Assembly: GCA_965218435.1 (NCBI GenBank)
Contig: CBDCKW010000005.1
Span: 224,001-288,000, forward strand
Length of the DNA: 64,000 nt
Direction: 5' to 3'
Source of the DNA: Truepera sp.
GTDB taxonomy: Bacteria > Deinococcota > Deinococci > Deinococcales > Trueperaceae
The translations under genes and the position numbers were made by a program. The stretch's first letter is position 1, and every line of letters starts with the position of its first letter. This document shows, in pieces, positions 10,587-20,758 of the stretch. Under the pieces are notes generated by a model, which saw only the letters and a list, made by a program, of their open reading frames with translations, made no database searches and had not been told where the DNA came from.

Positions 10587-10641
10587 GCCACCTGAATTCA
10601 GGCGTCGACTCACTGCTAAAGACGTATAGCATTTCCACGAT

Positions 10642-10995
10642 TTAGGGGTCTAACTCATAGCCGCAGCGCCGAAATGAGTTAAGGACGTTTTCAGGCGTAA
10701 CAATTTTGACGGCATTACAAAAGGCTTCAACGAGTTCGCCAAGGGTAGCAGGACGAAGGCTTTTAATGAAAGTTTTGATCTTGGCAAAGAGATGTTCGAT
10801 GGGGTTCAGGTCAGGTGAGTAAGTTGGGAGATATAAGAGTTCACAGCCGAAACGTTCGATCAGCTCGCTGACTTCTTCACCGTGATGCACTGTCCAGTTG
10901 TGTAAGACTAAAACACTGCCCTTGGTAAGGGTTAGGAGTAGAACGGTCTCAAGAAAAGCCAGAAAAGCATTTTTGTTGACCGTATCGGTGACGAC
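10642..10995 (-). pseudogene. IS630 family transposase, C-terminal fragment
   Basis: VLVLHNWTVHH (catalytic D appears replaced by H), YLPTYSPDLNPIEHLFAKIK; 5' part lost at the adjacent IS630. Confidence 0.85.
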
Positions 10996-12255
10996 TAGTA
11001 CTCTAACCAGGTAGAACAGAGGGATAAAGCCTTTTAAGTTTAGTGCGAGCATCATCTGTAGTGAAACGCCAGTCCACCATGTTTTTGTGGTCATTACGCT
11101 GCCGAGTCCAGTGCCGAGTGTTGTTTTTGAGGGTATCCACAGAGGTTACGTGTTCAGCGAGACACTGTTTAGCTAAGACAGAGAGCTCTATTTCAGCCGT
11201 CTTGGGTAAAACGGCACCTGTCTTGGCCTTAAAGCAGCACCTACCGGGCTTGGCCGCTTCCGGGCCTGCCCGCATATTTAACCAACTACCATGCTCAGGA
11301 GTGTAGTGCCACTCGATGCGCTCGGTAATAGCACGGGCTTCCTCGGGCTCAAAGGCTTCGTAGAGTGCAGCGGTACTGTGAGTATTGAGGTTGTCGGTAA
11401 CGAGCACCACCTTCTCAGCTTGGGCGTAGTCTTCCATGATCAGGCGCTTGAGTTCGTGAGCGAAGTCAATAGCGGTACGTCGCTCAGTGACTCGCACCGT
11501 TCGTTCGCCCGCAAGGGGCTCAACGGCGAGAAACAAATTGGCGGTGCCATGGCGAGTATATTCGTAGTCTTCTCTGGCGAACTGCCCAGGTTGCAACGCC
11601 AGGCTGCCGTGAGGCGTACTGTGCAGCTGCTTGCTCAGTTCGTCGAGACATATAACCGGACGTTTGGCGTTGTAGGGCCGGGCATAGACCTCCAGCACAT
11701 CTTCCATCTTGGCGACAAAGTGGCTGCTCGGCTTAGCTAGACACCAGCTCTTGACTCGCCAAGGCTTAAGTTCGTTTTTTTGAGCCGCTTGCACACGGCT
11801 ACATTGCTGATGCTCTCGACGTAGCCCAACTCAACCATCTGCTCAGCTAAAAGCCTCAAGGTCCAGCGCTGTCTTCCGTCAGGGGGTTCGCTGCACGCCA
11901 GCATCACCAGCTTCGCCTCAATCTCTCCGGTGATTTTGGGAGCGGCACCAGGGCGAGTCTTCTCTCGTAGAGCTGTCTCTAAACCCTCTACGACGTATCG
12001 GCGACAGATGCTGCCTACGTGCTCACGCTGCACAGCAGCACTTCAGCGATCTCTTGGTAGTTTCGCTTTGGCTGCCGTTCTCGATCTGCCAGAAGCAGGA
12101 TGCGGGCACGCGTGAGGGTGCGGGCCGAACTGCTGCCGGAACGGACCAAGCTGCTTAACTGCTCGTATTCTGCCTCGCTTAGGTGGACGTGCAGATGTTG
12201 TCCCATGCCTCAGCTTTAACCTGGAAAGGGTGAAAATCAAGTTAGCTGGGTACTA
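10996..12255 (-). mobile_element. IS630 family element with a degenerate transposase (11003-12206)
   Basis: Ends CTAGTAC.../...GTACTAG. HTH N-terminus broken by a 1-nt deletion near 12018; A7C slippery site at 11774-11781; DDE region CLDE, VTDNLNTH, HGSWLNM...AEIEL with a 75-nt insertion. Confidence 0.88.
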
Positions 12256-12383
12256 GATTTAGATAAGCCTGTGACTTGGTAGTTTGGCCTATCTGCTGAG
12301 AGCCTAGCAAACCCCGAAAACCCTGGGGCTGTTAAGGTTTTGGTGCGTGAGGGACGCAAATACAGCACAGATGCTGATACGGA

Positions 12384-12499
12384 TTGCACCCTGCGAAAGT
12401 TGGTGCTACACTCCAGGAGCATTTCGGTCTTCTGGACCTACTTGAATTACCAGGCGGCAGAGTTTTCTTGGAAGTTGCTCACCGCCTGGGCTTTTTTTG
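12384..12499 (+). ncRNA. Candidate small RNA: promoter, two hairpins, U-tract
   Basis: TTGCAC-17bp-TACACT with extended TG; hairpins 12412-12436 and 12450-12489, followed by GCTTTTTTTG; no credible ORF. Confidence 0.4.
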
Positions 12500-12509
12500 C
12501 CCCGACAAT

Positions 12510-12530
12510 AAAAAACCCCCGTGTGGGGGC
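12510..12530 (-). terminator. Intrinsic terminator of the Uma2 fragment
   Basis: CCCCC-GTGT-GGGGG hairpin with an A-run on the + strand (U-tract on the - strand). Confidence 0.55.
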
Positions 12531-12554
12531 TCGAGTACTGCAAGGGTGGTGAGG

Positions 12555-12850
12555 CTACGCGTCGAACAGCTCTCTAATCGGGAGTTGCCATCCCGGTACG
12601 ACCTCGCCGCCGTCGAGGGTGTCATCTACGCCCAAAACCTTGACTTCGGTAGGGGAGAGGTGCATGACGACCTGCTGGTTGCGCGGATTGATGACCACGA
12701 CCATCTTGGAGCCTGACTTCAGCCACTCGGTCACCTTGTCGCTTGCCTCGGGATAGAGATCAAAGGGGGAGACGACCTCCACGGTCAGGTCGGGCGCACC
12801 AGGCCAGAAGCCTCGCACCGGGTCTACTTTGTCGAGCCGCTCCTGGCTTG
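12555..12850 (-). pseudogene. Uma2 family (PDDEXK) endonuclease, C-terminal fragment
   Basis: GAPDLTVEVVSP, KVTEWLKSG, LDGGEVVPGWQLPIRELF; N-terminus absent. Confidence 0.85.
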
Positions 12851-12869
12851 TTATACAGACGGAACCGGT

Positions 12870-13340
12870 CTAAGGCAGTGACAGCGCGGCTAAGGCAAGC
12901 CCTGAAACCCCGAGGGCACAGCCGAGGGCGCGCAGGACGATCACGCTGTCCCATCGTCGCTGCAAAGCGTGTGCGTCCACCGGCGTAACCTTTTGCTTGG
13001 CGGCAGCCGTGAGCGCCGTGTTGATCGGCTTCGAGACGGTCAGATAAGCTCCGAGTTGCACCCCAAGTCCGACAACCGCTAAGATAGCCCAGCGACTTGC
13101 AGCTGATCCAAATCCTGTTATGAACACCAGCGCAGCCGCCGAACCCAAGCCAAGCACACCGAAGATCGGCATTCGCGCGTCGGCATAGCTGTGAAGGTGG
13201 CCCATCACGTCTACTAAGCTCGAGTCTTTTACCTGCGCTAAGGCCGGACGGCCTACCACGGCGAAGAACGCATCGGTTCCGTACACGACCCCCGCGCTGA
13301 GCAGACCGATCAGCACCAAGGCTTCGCTAACGCCGAACAT
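12870..13340 (-). CDS. DUF1772 / anthrone oxygenase-like membrane protein
   Basis: Four hydrophobic segments; PIN...LQRRWD motif. Confidence 0.7.
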   Translation of the reverse strand: MFGVSEALVLIGLLSAGVVYGTDAFFAVVGRPALAQVKDSSLVDVMGHLHSYADARMPIFGVLGLGSAAALVFITGFGSAASRWAILAVVGLGVQLGAYLTVSKPINTALTAAAKQKVTPVDAHALQRRWDSVIVLRALGCALGVSGLALAALSLP

Positions 13341-13441
13341 TACTGCGCCTGCTCTGTTTGATTGGGGAGCGAAGAGTGTTCCAAAGTTATCCTAAGGTGA
13401 ATTTAATTCGGCAACGATGTCTTTGCTAATTTGCGTACATC

Positions 13442-13942
13442 TTAAGCTCGCTGCGTTCTCCTGCTCCCATTTTGCCAGGCGATGATTGCCAGCCAGATCA
13501 AAAAGAAAATCGCGGTCGGCCCGATAACGGTCATCGGCAGGAACGGCGAAACGAAAGTGTAACCGCCCAGCCAAATCCCGGTCAACACGCCGGCGATCAT
13601 CATGGAACGCGATCCCGACAACGCCGCTGTGACCAGCCAGATGCCGGCAAAAATGTGCCCACCGAGCCGTACATAATCGGCAATATCATGTGGCACATTA
13701 TTGAGGGTCAACACACCTGTCATCACGTCGAGCACCAACCAGCCGTAGCCCGCCGCCTTTGCCCAGTCAGGAGCGTCGAGCTTAGCGACTAGCAGGAACA
13801 TGGCTAGATGGAACAGGATACCGGGATAGTCCGCCCACCACACGCCGGGAGCCACGGCAAAGGTGACGACCACCGGGGCGAAAAAGACAAGCGCCGCCAG
13901 TGCGATCACACGCGGGGAAAGAGAACGGATGGGGTCGATCAT
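13442..13942 (-). CDS. Hypothetical membrane protein
   Basis: 166 aa with multiple TM segments; SD AGGAGG upstream. Confidence 0.75.
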   Translation of the reverse strand: MIDPIRSLSPRVIALAALVFFAPVVVTFAVAPGVWWADYPGILFHLAMFLLVAKLDAPDWAKAAGYGWLVLDVMTGVLTLNNVPHDIADYVRLGGHIFAGIWLVTAALSGSRSMMIAGVLTGIWLGGYTFVSPFLPMTVIGPTAIFFLIWLAIIAWQNGSRRTQRA

Positions 13943-13996
13943 TGGGTACAGCCTCCTGAAGACTAGATGAAGTGAATTGGAATAGACTCGCTTAGC

Positions 13997-14070
13997 TCAC
14001 TTGGCCGCAAACTTCTGCGCGAACACCCGGTCCAGCGCGGCCAGTTCGTCGGGCGTGAAGCGAATATGAG
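13997..14070 (-). pseudogene. Aldo/keto reductase-like C-terminal remnant
   Basis: Reads IRFTPDELAALDRVFAQKFAAK*. Confidence 0.35.
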
Positions 14071-14347
14071 GTCGCACCAGCAGTGGCGCGGCAACAAACG
14101 CTAAGGCTCCAGGGGAGAGTACAAGATCGAGGAATTTTGGTCCGTTAGGGCTGCGAGTATCGATCTAGACGGGCTTCCTCGAAGGCAGGACTCGGGCAGG
14201 AGAGCGTGGAGCATGAGCGCCGTGATCTGCTCCTAGAGGTGTCCGACCAACGCCGCCTCACTAGGGAAAGCCACAGGGAGGAAGTGCGCGCCACACGCGC
14301 TGCCGCCCTCGTCCGGTCGGACACCGAGCCGGGAGCGAGTGCCTGCC

Positions 14348-16141
14348 TCATCGCCCGGTCCTGCGGGCCGCGAGCAGCGCCGCGCCGCCCAGGGTGAGGC
14401 CCGCAGCCGCGACCAGCGCGGCCCGTGACCGTTCCGGCAGACGGCGTGAGCAACGGCGTGAGCACGCCTCGAGGGCGGCCCGCCGCGCCTCACTCCCCGG
14501 CTGGAACACCTCGTCCAGGTACGCCGCCAGATCGGGCGCGTCTTGAGGTCCCCCCCGAAAGCCGACGTAGCCGTCCGGGCGTACAAGATACAGGCGTGGC
14601 CCGCTGACCCCGTAGCGCCGATGCGCTTCTCCCTCGCTGTCGGCGAGCGAGAGCCCTGCCGCTGGCCCCGGGGTGGACATCCCGCCACTCTGCACGATCA
14701 CGGTGGTGCGCAGGGACGCATCGGCCACCGTGTTCAGGCGGGCCGAGAGATCGTTCAGCGTACTCAGGGTCGCCGGGTCAGGGCTGGCCCCGCTGAATAG
14801 CAGCAAATTCCAGGTTCGGCCATCGTACAGGTCGAACAGGTGCATTGTGTCCCGGCTGGGCAGGCGGACGAGCATGGCGTCCGGTGCCCGGCGGCCCGCC
14901 TTCAGGCCGCGTCCGCCGTGATCCCGGGTCAGGGGGCTGTCCGGGTAGTGGATGTTGAGTTCTGTCTGCTGCTGGGCCTGCCACTGCTGCACCGCGCGCA
15001 GCCGGAAGGCGAGCGGCCCGAGGGTGCGCATGCCCCAAGTGCGCAGCGGGTTTGGCCGCGTCGCCAGTTGGAAGATGCTCTTGGTGAAGTCGTCCACCAC
15101 GTGCGCGACCCCAAGGCGCTCGGCGTCGTAGCTGTCGAGCAGTTCGGTGCGCGCGACCCCCTTGTGGACGGCAGCGAGTTTCCAGGCCAGATTGTAAGCG
15201 TCCTGGATGCCCGTGTTCATGCCCTGTCCGCCGATAGGGATGATGATCTTGGCGGCGTCTCCCATCAGAAACGCCCGGCCACGCCGAAAGGTAGCGGCCA
15301 CGCCGTGCCGGAAACGGAGGCGGTTGGTCCACTGGAGTTCCGAGAGGGTCGCGCCGGGGTCGCCCGACAGATCGCGGATCACTCTCTGCAACTCGGCTTC
15401 GGTGGGCATCGCGCGGTTGCTCGGGTCGGTGTCGGGCGTGAGCATGTAGCAGTACCCCCGCTCGCGTCCATCCGGAAGGGGCGGCAGCGGGTTGAAGCCC
15501 AGGTAGGCCCCCGCGTGGATGAAGAAGTAGCCGCGCGCCCCCTGCGGGTGGGACCAGCGAATGTGCCCGTCGGCAATGCGAATCTGGAACCCCTCATAGG
15601 GTTCGGTCGGGAAGTCGAGGCTGAGCGCCGCCCTCACCGGGCTGCGCCCACCGTCCGCGCCGATCAGCCAACTCGCGCGCACCTGCTCGGTGCGTCCGTC
15701 CGCGTGGGTGAGGGCCGCACCCACCCCCCGGTCGTCCTGAGTAAAGTTCCCCGCCTCGATGTTGTATTCGACGGGGCGGCCAATCTCCTGAAGGTGATCG
15801 CGCAGCACGCCCTCGATCAGGCCCTGGGTGAGGATCAGCGGTGTCCCGTAGGGGCTGTCGCTGTCGTCGTAGCGGTAGTGGCCGAGGTGCTGGCGGTACG
15901 CATAGACATCCATATCGGTGAAGGTCACCGCTATGGCCTGAAACTTGGGCAGCAGGCCCATCGCGGCGTAGACCTCCTGGGTGCGTGGCCACAGCACTGG
16001 GGCGCGGGTTTCGGTGGTGGGTCCGTCTCGCCGCTCAACAACGCGCACAGACAGCCCCTGGCGGGTGAGTTCGGCGGCGGCGGTCATGCCAACCGGGCCG
16101 GCACCCACGATCAGGACGTCTAGAGATGGGGAAAGGGTCAT
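14348..16141 (-). CDS. FAD-dependent monooxygenase (PheA/TfdB aromatic hydroxylase family)
   Basis: VGAGPVG, GADGGRS, MGDAAK...GGQGMNTGIQDAYNL, LVRPDGYVG. Confidence 0.93.
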   Translation of the reverse strand: MTLSPSLDVLIVGAGPVGMTAAAELTRQGLSVRVVERRDGPTTETRAPVLWPRTQEVYAAMGLLPKFQAIAVTFTDMDVYAYRQHLGHYRYDDSDSPYGTPLILTQGLIEGVLRDHLQEIGRPVEYNIEAGNFTQDDRGVGAALTHADGRTEQVRASWLIGADGGRSPVRAALSLDFPTEPYEGFQIRIADGHIRWSHPQGARGYFFIHAGAYLGFNPLPPLPDGRERGYCYMLTPDTDPSNRAMPTEAELQRVIRDLSGDPGATLSELQWTNRLRFRHGVAATFRRGRAFLMGDAAKIIIPIGGQGMNTGIQDAYNLAWKLAAVHKGVARTELLDSYDAERLGVAHVVDDFTKSIFQLATRPNPLRTWGMRTLGPLAFRLRAVQQWQAQQQTELNIHYPDSPLTRDHGGRGLKAGRRAPDAMLVRLPSRDTMHLFDLYDGRTWNLLLFSGASPDPATLSTLNDLSARLNTVADASLRTTVIVQSGGMSTPGPAAGLSLADSEGEAHRRYGVSGPRLYLVRPDGYVGFRGGPQDAPDLAAYLDEVFQPGSEARRAALEACSRRCSRRLPERSRAALVAAAGLTLGGAALLAARRTGR

Positions 16142-16285
16142 AGTGGTCCTCCTGGCGCGGGTGAGCTCGGCTGCGCTCGCCCGGCGTCACTGTCATGCTA
16201 CTTCGCACCTCCCTGGGGCGTCCAATAGCTAACGGGAGCGCAGCCATAGGCGTAGCCTATGGCTGCGCTCCGCGTCCGGGCCCGT

Positions 16286-17194
16286 TCAACGGGGCGGAAA
16301 GGGGTGAGGCGCGACGTCCCGCGCCGCTGCAAGCAGTGCCCGCGCGATGGGGAGTGGACTCTCCCGGCGCCAGGTCAGGCCCAGGGTCCAGCGCGGCGGC
16401 TCGCCCGCGAGGGGCCGGTGGATCACCCCGGCCGGGCGGTGCATCGCTAGGACCGCCGAGCGCAGCAGGCCTACGCCGCGTCCCGCCGCAATCATGCCGA
16501 GAATCGGTTGAAGCTGTATTCCCTGGTAGACCACCCGGGGCGTGAAGCCCGCCCGGCGGCAATGGTCGATCAGGGACGCACTCCCCCGGCCGCCCAGGTC
16601 GGCCCGGTGCAGGAGAAAGGCTTCCGTAGCGAGTGCAGCGAGCGACACCTCCGGCAGCGCGGCGAGGGGGTGTCGCTCGGGGAGCACCGCCTGAAAGGTA
16701 TCAGTAAGCAGCGGGTAGAAACCCAGGGTGTCTTCCACGAAGGTCTCGCTCAGGAAGCCCATGTCCACCTCACCGTTCAGGAGCGCGTGCACCTGCGCCG
16801 CCCCCAGCAATTCGCGGGAGTCGGGCACCATGCCGGGGTGAGCTTCGTTTAGCTTGCGGAACAACTGCGGCATGGGCGGGACGTTGCCGTATTCGGTGAA
16901 CTCCCAGGCCAGACGCAGCGTGCCATCGTCTAACCCCCCCGCCTGCCGGGCGCGGCGCACGCTCTGTTCTACGTAACTCAGCACGTGGCGAGCGTCCTCG
17001 AGGAGGGACTGTCCCACTTCGGTAAGCTCCGCGCCCCGGGCGGTGCGGTGGAAGAGCGTGACTCCGAGGTCCTCCTCGAGCTGGCGGATGCGCTGGGTGA
17101 GGGAAGGTTGGGTGAGGTTCGAGCGCTGGGCGGCCCGGGTGAAGTTCCGCTCCTCGGCCACGGCCACGAACAGCTTGAGCTGCTTGAGATCCAT
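16286..17194 (-). CDS. LysR family transcriptional regulator
   Basis: MDLKQLKLFVAVAEERNFTRAA...TQPSLTQRIRQLEEDLG. Confidence 0.95.
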   Translation of the reverse strand: MDLKQLKLFVAVAEERNFTRAAQRSNLTQPSLTQRIRQLEEDLGVTLFHRTARGAELTEVGQSLLEDARHVLSYVEQSVRRARQAGGLDDGTLRLAWEFTEYGNVPPMPQLFRKLNEAHPGMVPDSRELLGAAQVHALLNGEVDMGFLSETFVEDTLGFYPLLTDTFQAVLPERHPLAALPEVSLAALATEAFLLHRADLGGRGSASLIDHCRRAGFTPRVVYQGIQLQPILGMIAAGRGVGLLRSAVLAMHRPAGVIHRPLAGEPPRWTLGLTWRRESPLPIARALLAAARDVAPHPFPPR

Positions 17195-17289
17195 GGAGTC
17201 AGACTATCCGGCATACATAACCAGAAGTGTATCGGTCCCGAGAAAACGCCGCAACACTAAAACAGCCGAGGCTGAACCCCAGGTTCTAC

Positions 17290-17391
17290 GGCGCACCAAA
17301 AGTTCTCGATACGGCAAACAGCGATATCACTGCAAGGACTGTAGCCGAGCGAGCCTGGACAAGACAACCCCGACTATGGGTACAGCGAAGC
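17290..17391 (+). pseudogene. IS1-like InsA zinc-ribbon remnant
   Basis: GKQRYHCKDCSR motif, cut by the IS6 end. Confidence 0.55.
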
Positions 17392-18245
17392 GGTTCCGTC
17401 AAGTTACTTCGACTGAGGTAGGCTGCTCGGGTGTTCGAAGCATCCGAAAGTCCTAAAGGCTATCGTTTTCCAAAACTGATTATCTCCTATGCGATCTACC
17501 TCTACCACCGCTTTTTGCTTTCGTTGCGTAGCCCTCCTTCAGGAGACCGAGACGTTCAGGAACTGCTGTTCGAGCGTGGCATCGACGTGAGTCACAAAAC
17601 GGTTCATGCTTGGTGCCATCCTTTTGGTCCAGCTATAGCCCAAGCACTTAGACGGCAGAAGCCTAGACGGAGTCGAAACTGGCAGCTAGACGAGGTGCGA
17701 GTCGTGATAAGTGGTGCGGTCCATTGGCTCTGGCGAGCGATTAACGAACATGGTGAGGTTTTGGATGTTCTGCTGCAAGAGAAGCGCGATACCGGCGCAG
17801 CCCAGCGCTTCTTCCGGAGACTGATCAACGATCAGGAGTTACCTGAACGCATTGTCACCGATGGGCTCAGGAGCTATGGTGCGGCACTCAGAGAGCTGCC
17901 TGAACTAGGCGCGAGTGAGCACGTTACCGTCTCGGCTGCCGAGCGGCGGAACAATCTCATCGAACAGAGTCATCGCCCTACCCGTGAGCAGAAGCGGCAA
18001 CAACGAGGTTTTAGAGCTACAACAATCACCAAGCGCTTTTTGTTTGCGCATAGCAAACTCTCAAATTTGTTTCGTCAATGTCGAGGCTCGACCCCTGCAC
18101 CTCTAAGGCGTCGCTATCTAACGCACGGCTTTGCCCAATGGCGTGAGCTGGGCATGGCGATTCCCTGAATAATCCCGAAAAGCTGATAGTCACGCGCTTC
18201 TGCTGTACCGGCAAGCTGCTCTATCCAAAATAACTTGACGGAGCC
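17392..18245 (+). mobile_element. IS6 family element (transposase 17431-18168)
   Basis: TIR GGTTCCGTCAAGTTA / rc GGCTCCGTCAAGTTA; GYRFP, WQLDEV, WLWRAINEHGEVLD, IVTDGLRSY, NNLIEQSHRPTR; no TSD. Confidence 0.93.
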
Positions 18246-18521
18246 TGTTGACCGCTTCTGAAACGGTGTAGCCCTGTTCTTCGAGCAGCTTCGCTGCACC
18301 GAGCTTGAATTTAAGGGGGTACTGCCTGAGAACTCTTTTGTCTTCTGATATGGTCTTCTCGTTTGCAGGCTTCTAGACCCTGCTTGATTTGTCCGGGGAG
18401 ACGCACCAAGACCCCCTGTTCAGATACCGGCAAAAACCCTAAAAAGACGGTGCTCGGACAGGCCAAAGGTGGAACCTTAGTTATTCTGACTTCGCTGACA
18501 GTATCGTCGCCTTTGCCCTTA

Positions 18522-18869
18522 TTAAACGAGTTGTGCTTCGGGCTCGGAGAGCCACGTCTCAGCCCAAACAGAAAGGGTGTTAAGAGGAGCCTCGAGCGCC
18601 TGTCCCTTGGGTGTAAGGCGGTATTCGACCCGCACTGGCGTCTCAGGGATGACCTGTCGCAAGACCAAGCCAGCAGCCTCAAGTTCCTTGAGCCTTTCTG
18701 AGAGCATCTTATCGCTGATCTCGGGTATAGCTCGCCGCAGATCGTGAAACCGCACCGGCCCGTTTAGTAGGAGCTGCACGATTGCTCCGCTCCACCGTTT
18801 GCCGATAAGCTCGACAGCGGCATGAAAGCGCGGACATAGTTGAATGCAGGATTCGGCGGAGGGTTCCAT
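18522..18869 (-). CDS. HxlR family winged-helix regulator
   Basis: CPRFHAAVELIGKRW, ISDKMLSERLKELE, PVRVEYRLTPKG; leaderless TAAACT-N6-ATG. Confidence 0.93.
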   Translation of the reverse strand: MEPSAESCIQLCPRFHAAVELIGKRWSGAIVQLLLNGPVRFHDLRRAIPEISDKMLSERLKELEAAGLVLRQVIPETPVRVEYRLTPKGQALEAPLNTLSVWAETWLSEPEAQLV

Positions 18870-19000
18870 AAGCAAAGTTTAGCATAAGCATAGCTGCTTA
18901 TTTTTTCTCAGCTACTTGACATTCTGTAATAACCGTTCTATAGTAGCTTACAAAAGGTTAGTCAAGCTAGCCTTAATCTAATGACGGCAAGAGGTTATCT

Positions 19001-19507
19001 ATGGCAGACATTGGGCTTCTCATTCTTCGACTGGTAGTCGGGCTTCTCCTAGCTGGACATGGCGCGCAGAAACTGTTCGGGATGTTTGGTGGTCCCGGTC
19101 TTAAAGGTACGAGCGGCTGGCTCGGGTCAATGGGCCTGCGTCCTGCGGGCATTTGGGCGATTCTTGCTGGTCTTAGCGAATTTGGTGGTGGCGTGTTACT
19201 GGCACTTGGGCTCCTTACCCCGTTTGGCGCGGTTGGGGTAGTCGCGGCGATGCTGATGGCGGTGCTTTTGGCTCACCGTCAGGCGCTATGGGTGACTGAC
19301 GGCGGGATGGAATACAACCTCGTGCTGATCGCCACAGCTGTCGCGCTCGCCTTCACCGGCCCAGGTCAGTTTTCGCTCGACGCGGCGCTTGGTCTGAGCG
19401 TACCCCTTTCCCTGACAGCAGGGCTTGCGCTACTCGCGCTGCTTACAGTCGTGACCGCTCTGGGCACCCGTAAAGCGCCCGCCCCTGCCCAGGCCCCAGG
19501 CGACTAA
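19001..19507 (+). CDS. DoxX family membrane protein
   Basis: LLILRLVVGLLLAGHGAQKLFG, GGMEYNLVL. Confidence 0.92.
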   Translation: MADIGLLILRLVVGLLLAGHGAQKLFGMFGGPGLKGTSGWLGSMGLRPAGIWAILAGLSEFGGGVLLALGLLTPFGAVGVVAAMLMAVLLAHRQALWVTDGGMEYNLVLIATAVALAFTGPGQFSLDAALGLSVPLSLTAGLALLALLTVVTALGTRKAPAPAQAPGD

Positions 19508-19602
19508 AAGCTTTCTACTGAGCTGCGAGGAGGCACACGACTTGGTGTGCTTCCCTAGGTGCTTTTTCTTTCTCAGGCTCGACTATCAAAAAAAGGATTC
19601 TT

Positions 19603-20709
19603 GTGTCAGCTTCGCCCTCCACTAAAAGCACGCTCACCCCCACACGCCCCTTCGAGATCGGTCTCTACTCGTTTGCCGAGCTGACCCCCGACCCCGCGAC
19701 GGGTCAAGTTTTCAGTCCGGGGGAGCGCCTACGCGACCTTTTGGAAGAGATTGAACTGGCGGATCAGGTCGGGCTCGACGTCTACGGCTTGGGCGAGCAT
19801 CACCGTGCCGACTTTGTGGCGTCAGCGCCCGCCGTTGTCTTGGCTGCCGCAGCTACTCGTACGAAACGCATCCGCCTGAGTAGCGCCGTGACAGTCCTCA
19901 GCTCGGACGATCCGGTGCGTGTGTTTCAAGCTTTTGCCACGCTCGATCTACTTTCACAGGGGCGTGCCGAGATTATGGCGGGGCGCGGCTCGTTCGTCGA
20001 GTCGTATCCACTTTTTGGTTACGACTTAAGCGACTACGACGCTCTCTTTTCGGAAAAGTTGGAGCTTTTGCTCGCTATCCGGCAAGATGAGTTTGTTACC
20101 TGGTCGGGCAAACATCGTCCCAGCCTCGACCATCTAGGGATCTATCCGCGCCCCGTGCAGGACGAACTGCCGATCTGGATCGCGGTCGGCGGCACGCCCG
20201 AGTCGGTCGTGCGGGCTGGACATTTCGGGTTGCCGCTGGCTCTCGCCATCATTGGCGGGATGCCCGAACGTTTCGTACCGTTTGCCGACCTCTACCGCGA
20301 TTCTGCTGCGCGCTCAGGCTACACAGACCTCCCCGTCAGCATCAACTCGCACGCGTACCTAGCTGCTACCAGGCAACAGGCTGTTTCTGAGTACTACCCT
20401 TCCTACGCGCTCCTGATGAACCGTATTGGGCGTGAGCGCGGCTGGTCGGGAATGTCGCTTCCCCAGTTTGAAGCGCTGTGTTCGCTGCGCGGTGCCCTCG
20501 CGGTTGGAACCCCCGAAGCGGTTACCGAAAAGATCCTTTTCCAGCACGAGCTGTTTGGGCACCAGCGGTTTATGGCGCAGCTGAGCGTCGGGACGCTCCC
20601 ACATAGTCAGGTCATGCACGCCATCGAACTCTTAGGGACGAAGGTCGCGCCGGTGGTGCGAGCAGAAGTTGCACGCCGCACCAAGAGGCGTTCGGCAGTG
20701 GGTATTTGA
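19603..20709 (+). CDS. LLM class flavin-dependent oxidoreductase
   Basis: [40 protein letters not shown]. Confidence 0.93.
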   Translation: MSASPSTKSTLTPTRPFEIGLYSFAELTPDPATGQVFSPGERLRDLLEEIELADQVGLDVYGLGEHHRADFVASAPAVVLAAAATRTKRIRLSSAVTVLSSDDPVRVFQAFATLDLLSQGRAEIMAGRGSFVESYPLFGYDLSDYDALFSEKLELLLAIRQDEFVTWSGKHRPSLDHLGIYPRPVQDELPIWIAVGGTPESVVRAGHFGLPLALAIIGGMPERFVPFADLYRDSAARSGYTDLPVSINSHAYLAATRQQAVSEYYPSYALLMNRIGRERGWSGMSLPQFEALCSLRGALAVGTPEAVTEKILFQHELFGHQRFMAQLSVGTLPHSQVMHAIELLGTKVAPVVRAEVARRTKRRSAVGI

Positions 20710-20758
20710 CTTTACCTATAAGGGAACTACCTCTTTCTGCTCAAGCAAGCCCGGTACT

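Noticed and set aside
11198..11272. Mini-intein explanation for the 25-aa insert
   Set aside because: Far too short, and it lacks the Cys/Ser start and His-Asn end
12256..12380. Missing 5' half of the IS630 fragment at 10642
   Set aside because: Translation across the rejoined CTAG site shows no convincing IS630 motifs; an adjacent deletion is more likely
12555..12850. Anti-phage defence system around the Uma2 nuclease
   Set aside because: Only a truncated fragment, with no partner defence genes nearby
14840..16123. 427-aa ORF antisense to the monooxygenase (also 36191-37324 in an alternative frame of the MFS gene)
   Set aside because: Shadow ORFs expected in very GC-rich genes; no recognisable motifs
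18315..18465. Possible MITE with CTGCCTGAGAAC / GTGCTCGGACAG ends
   Set aside because: The inverted match is too degenerate to support
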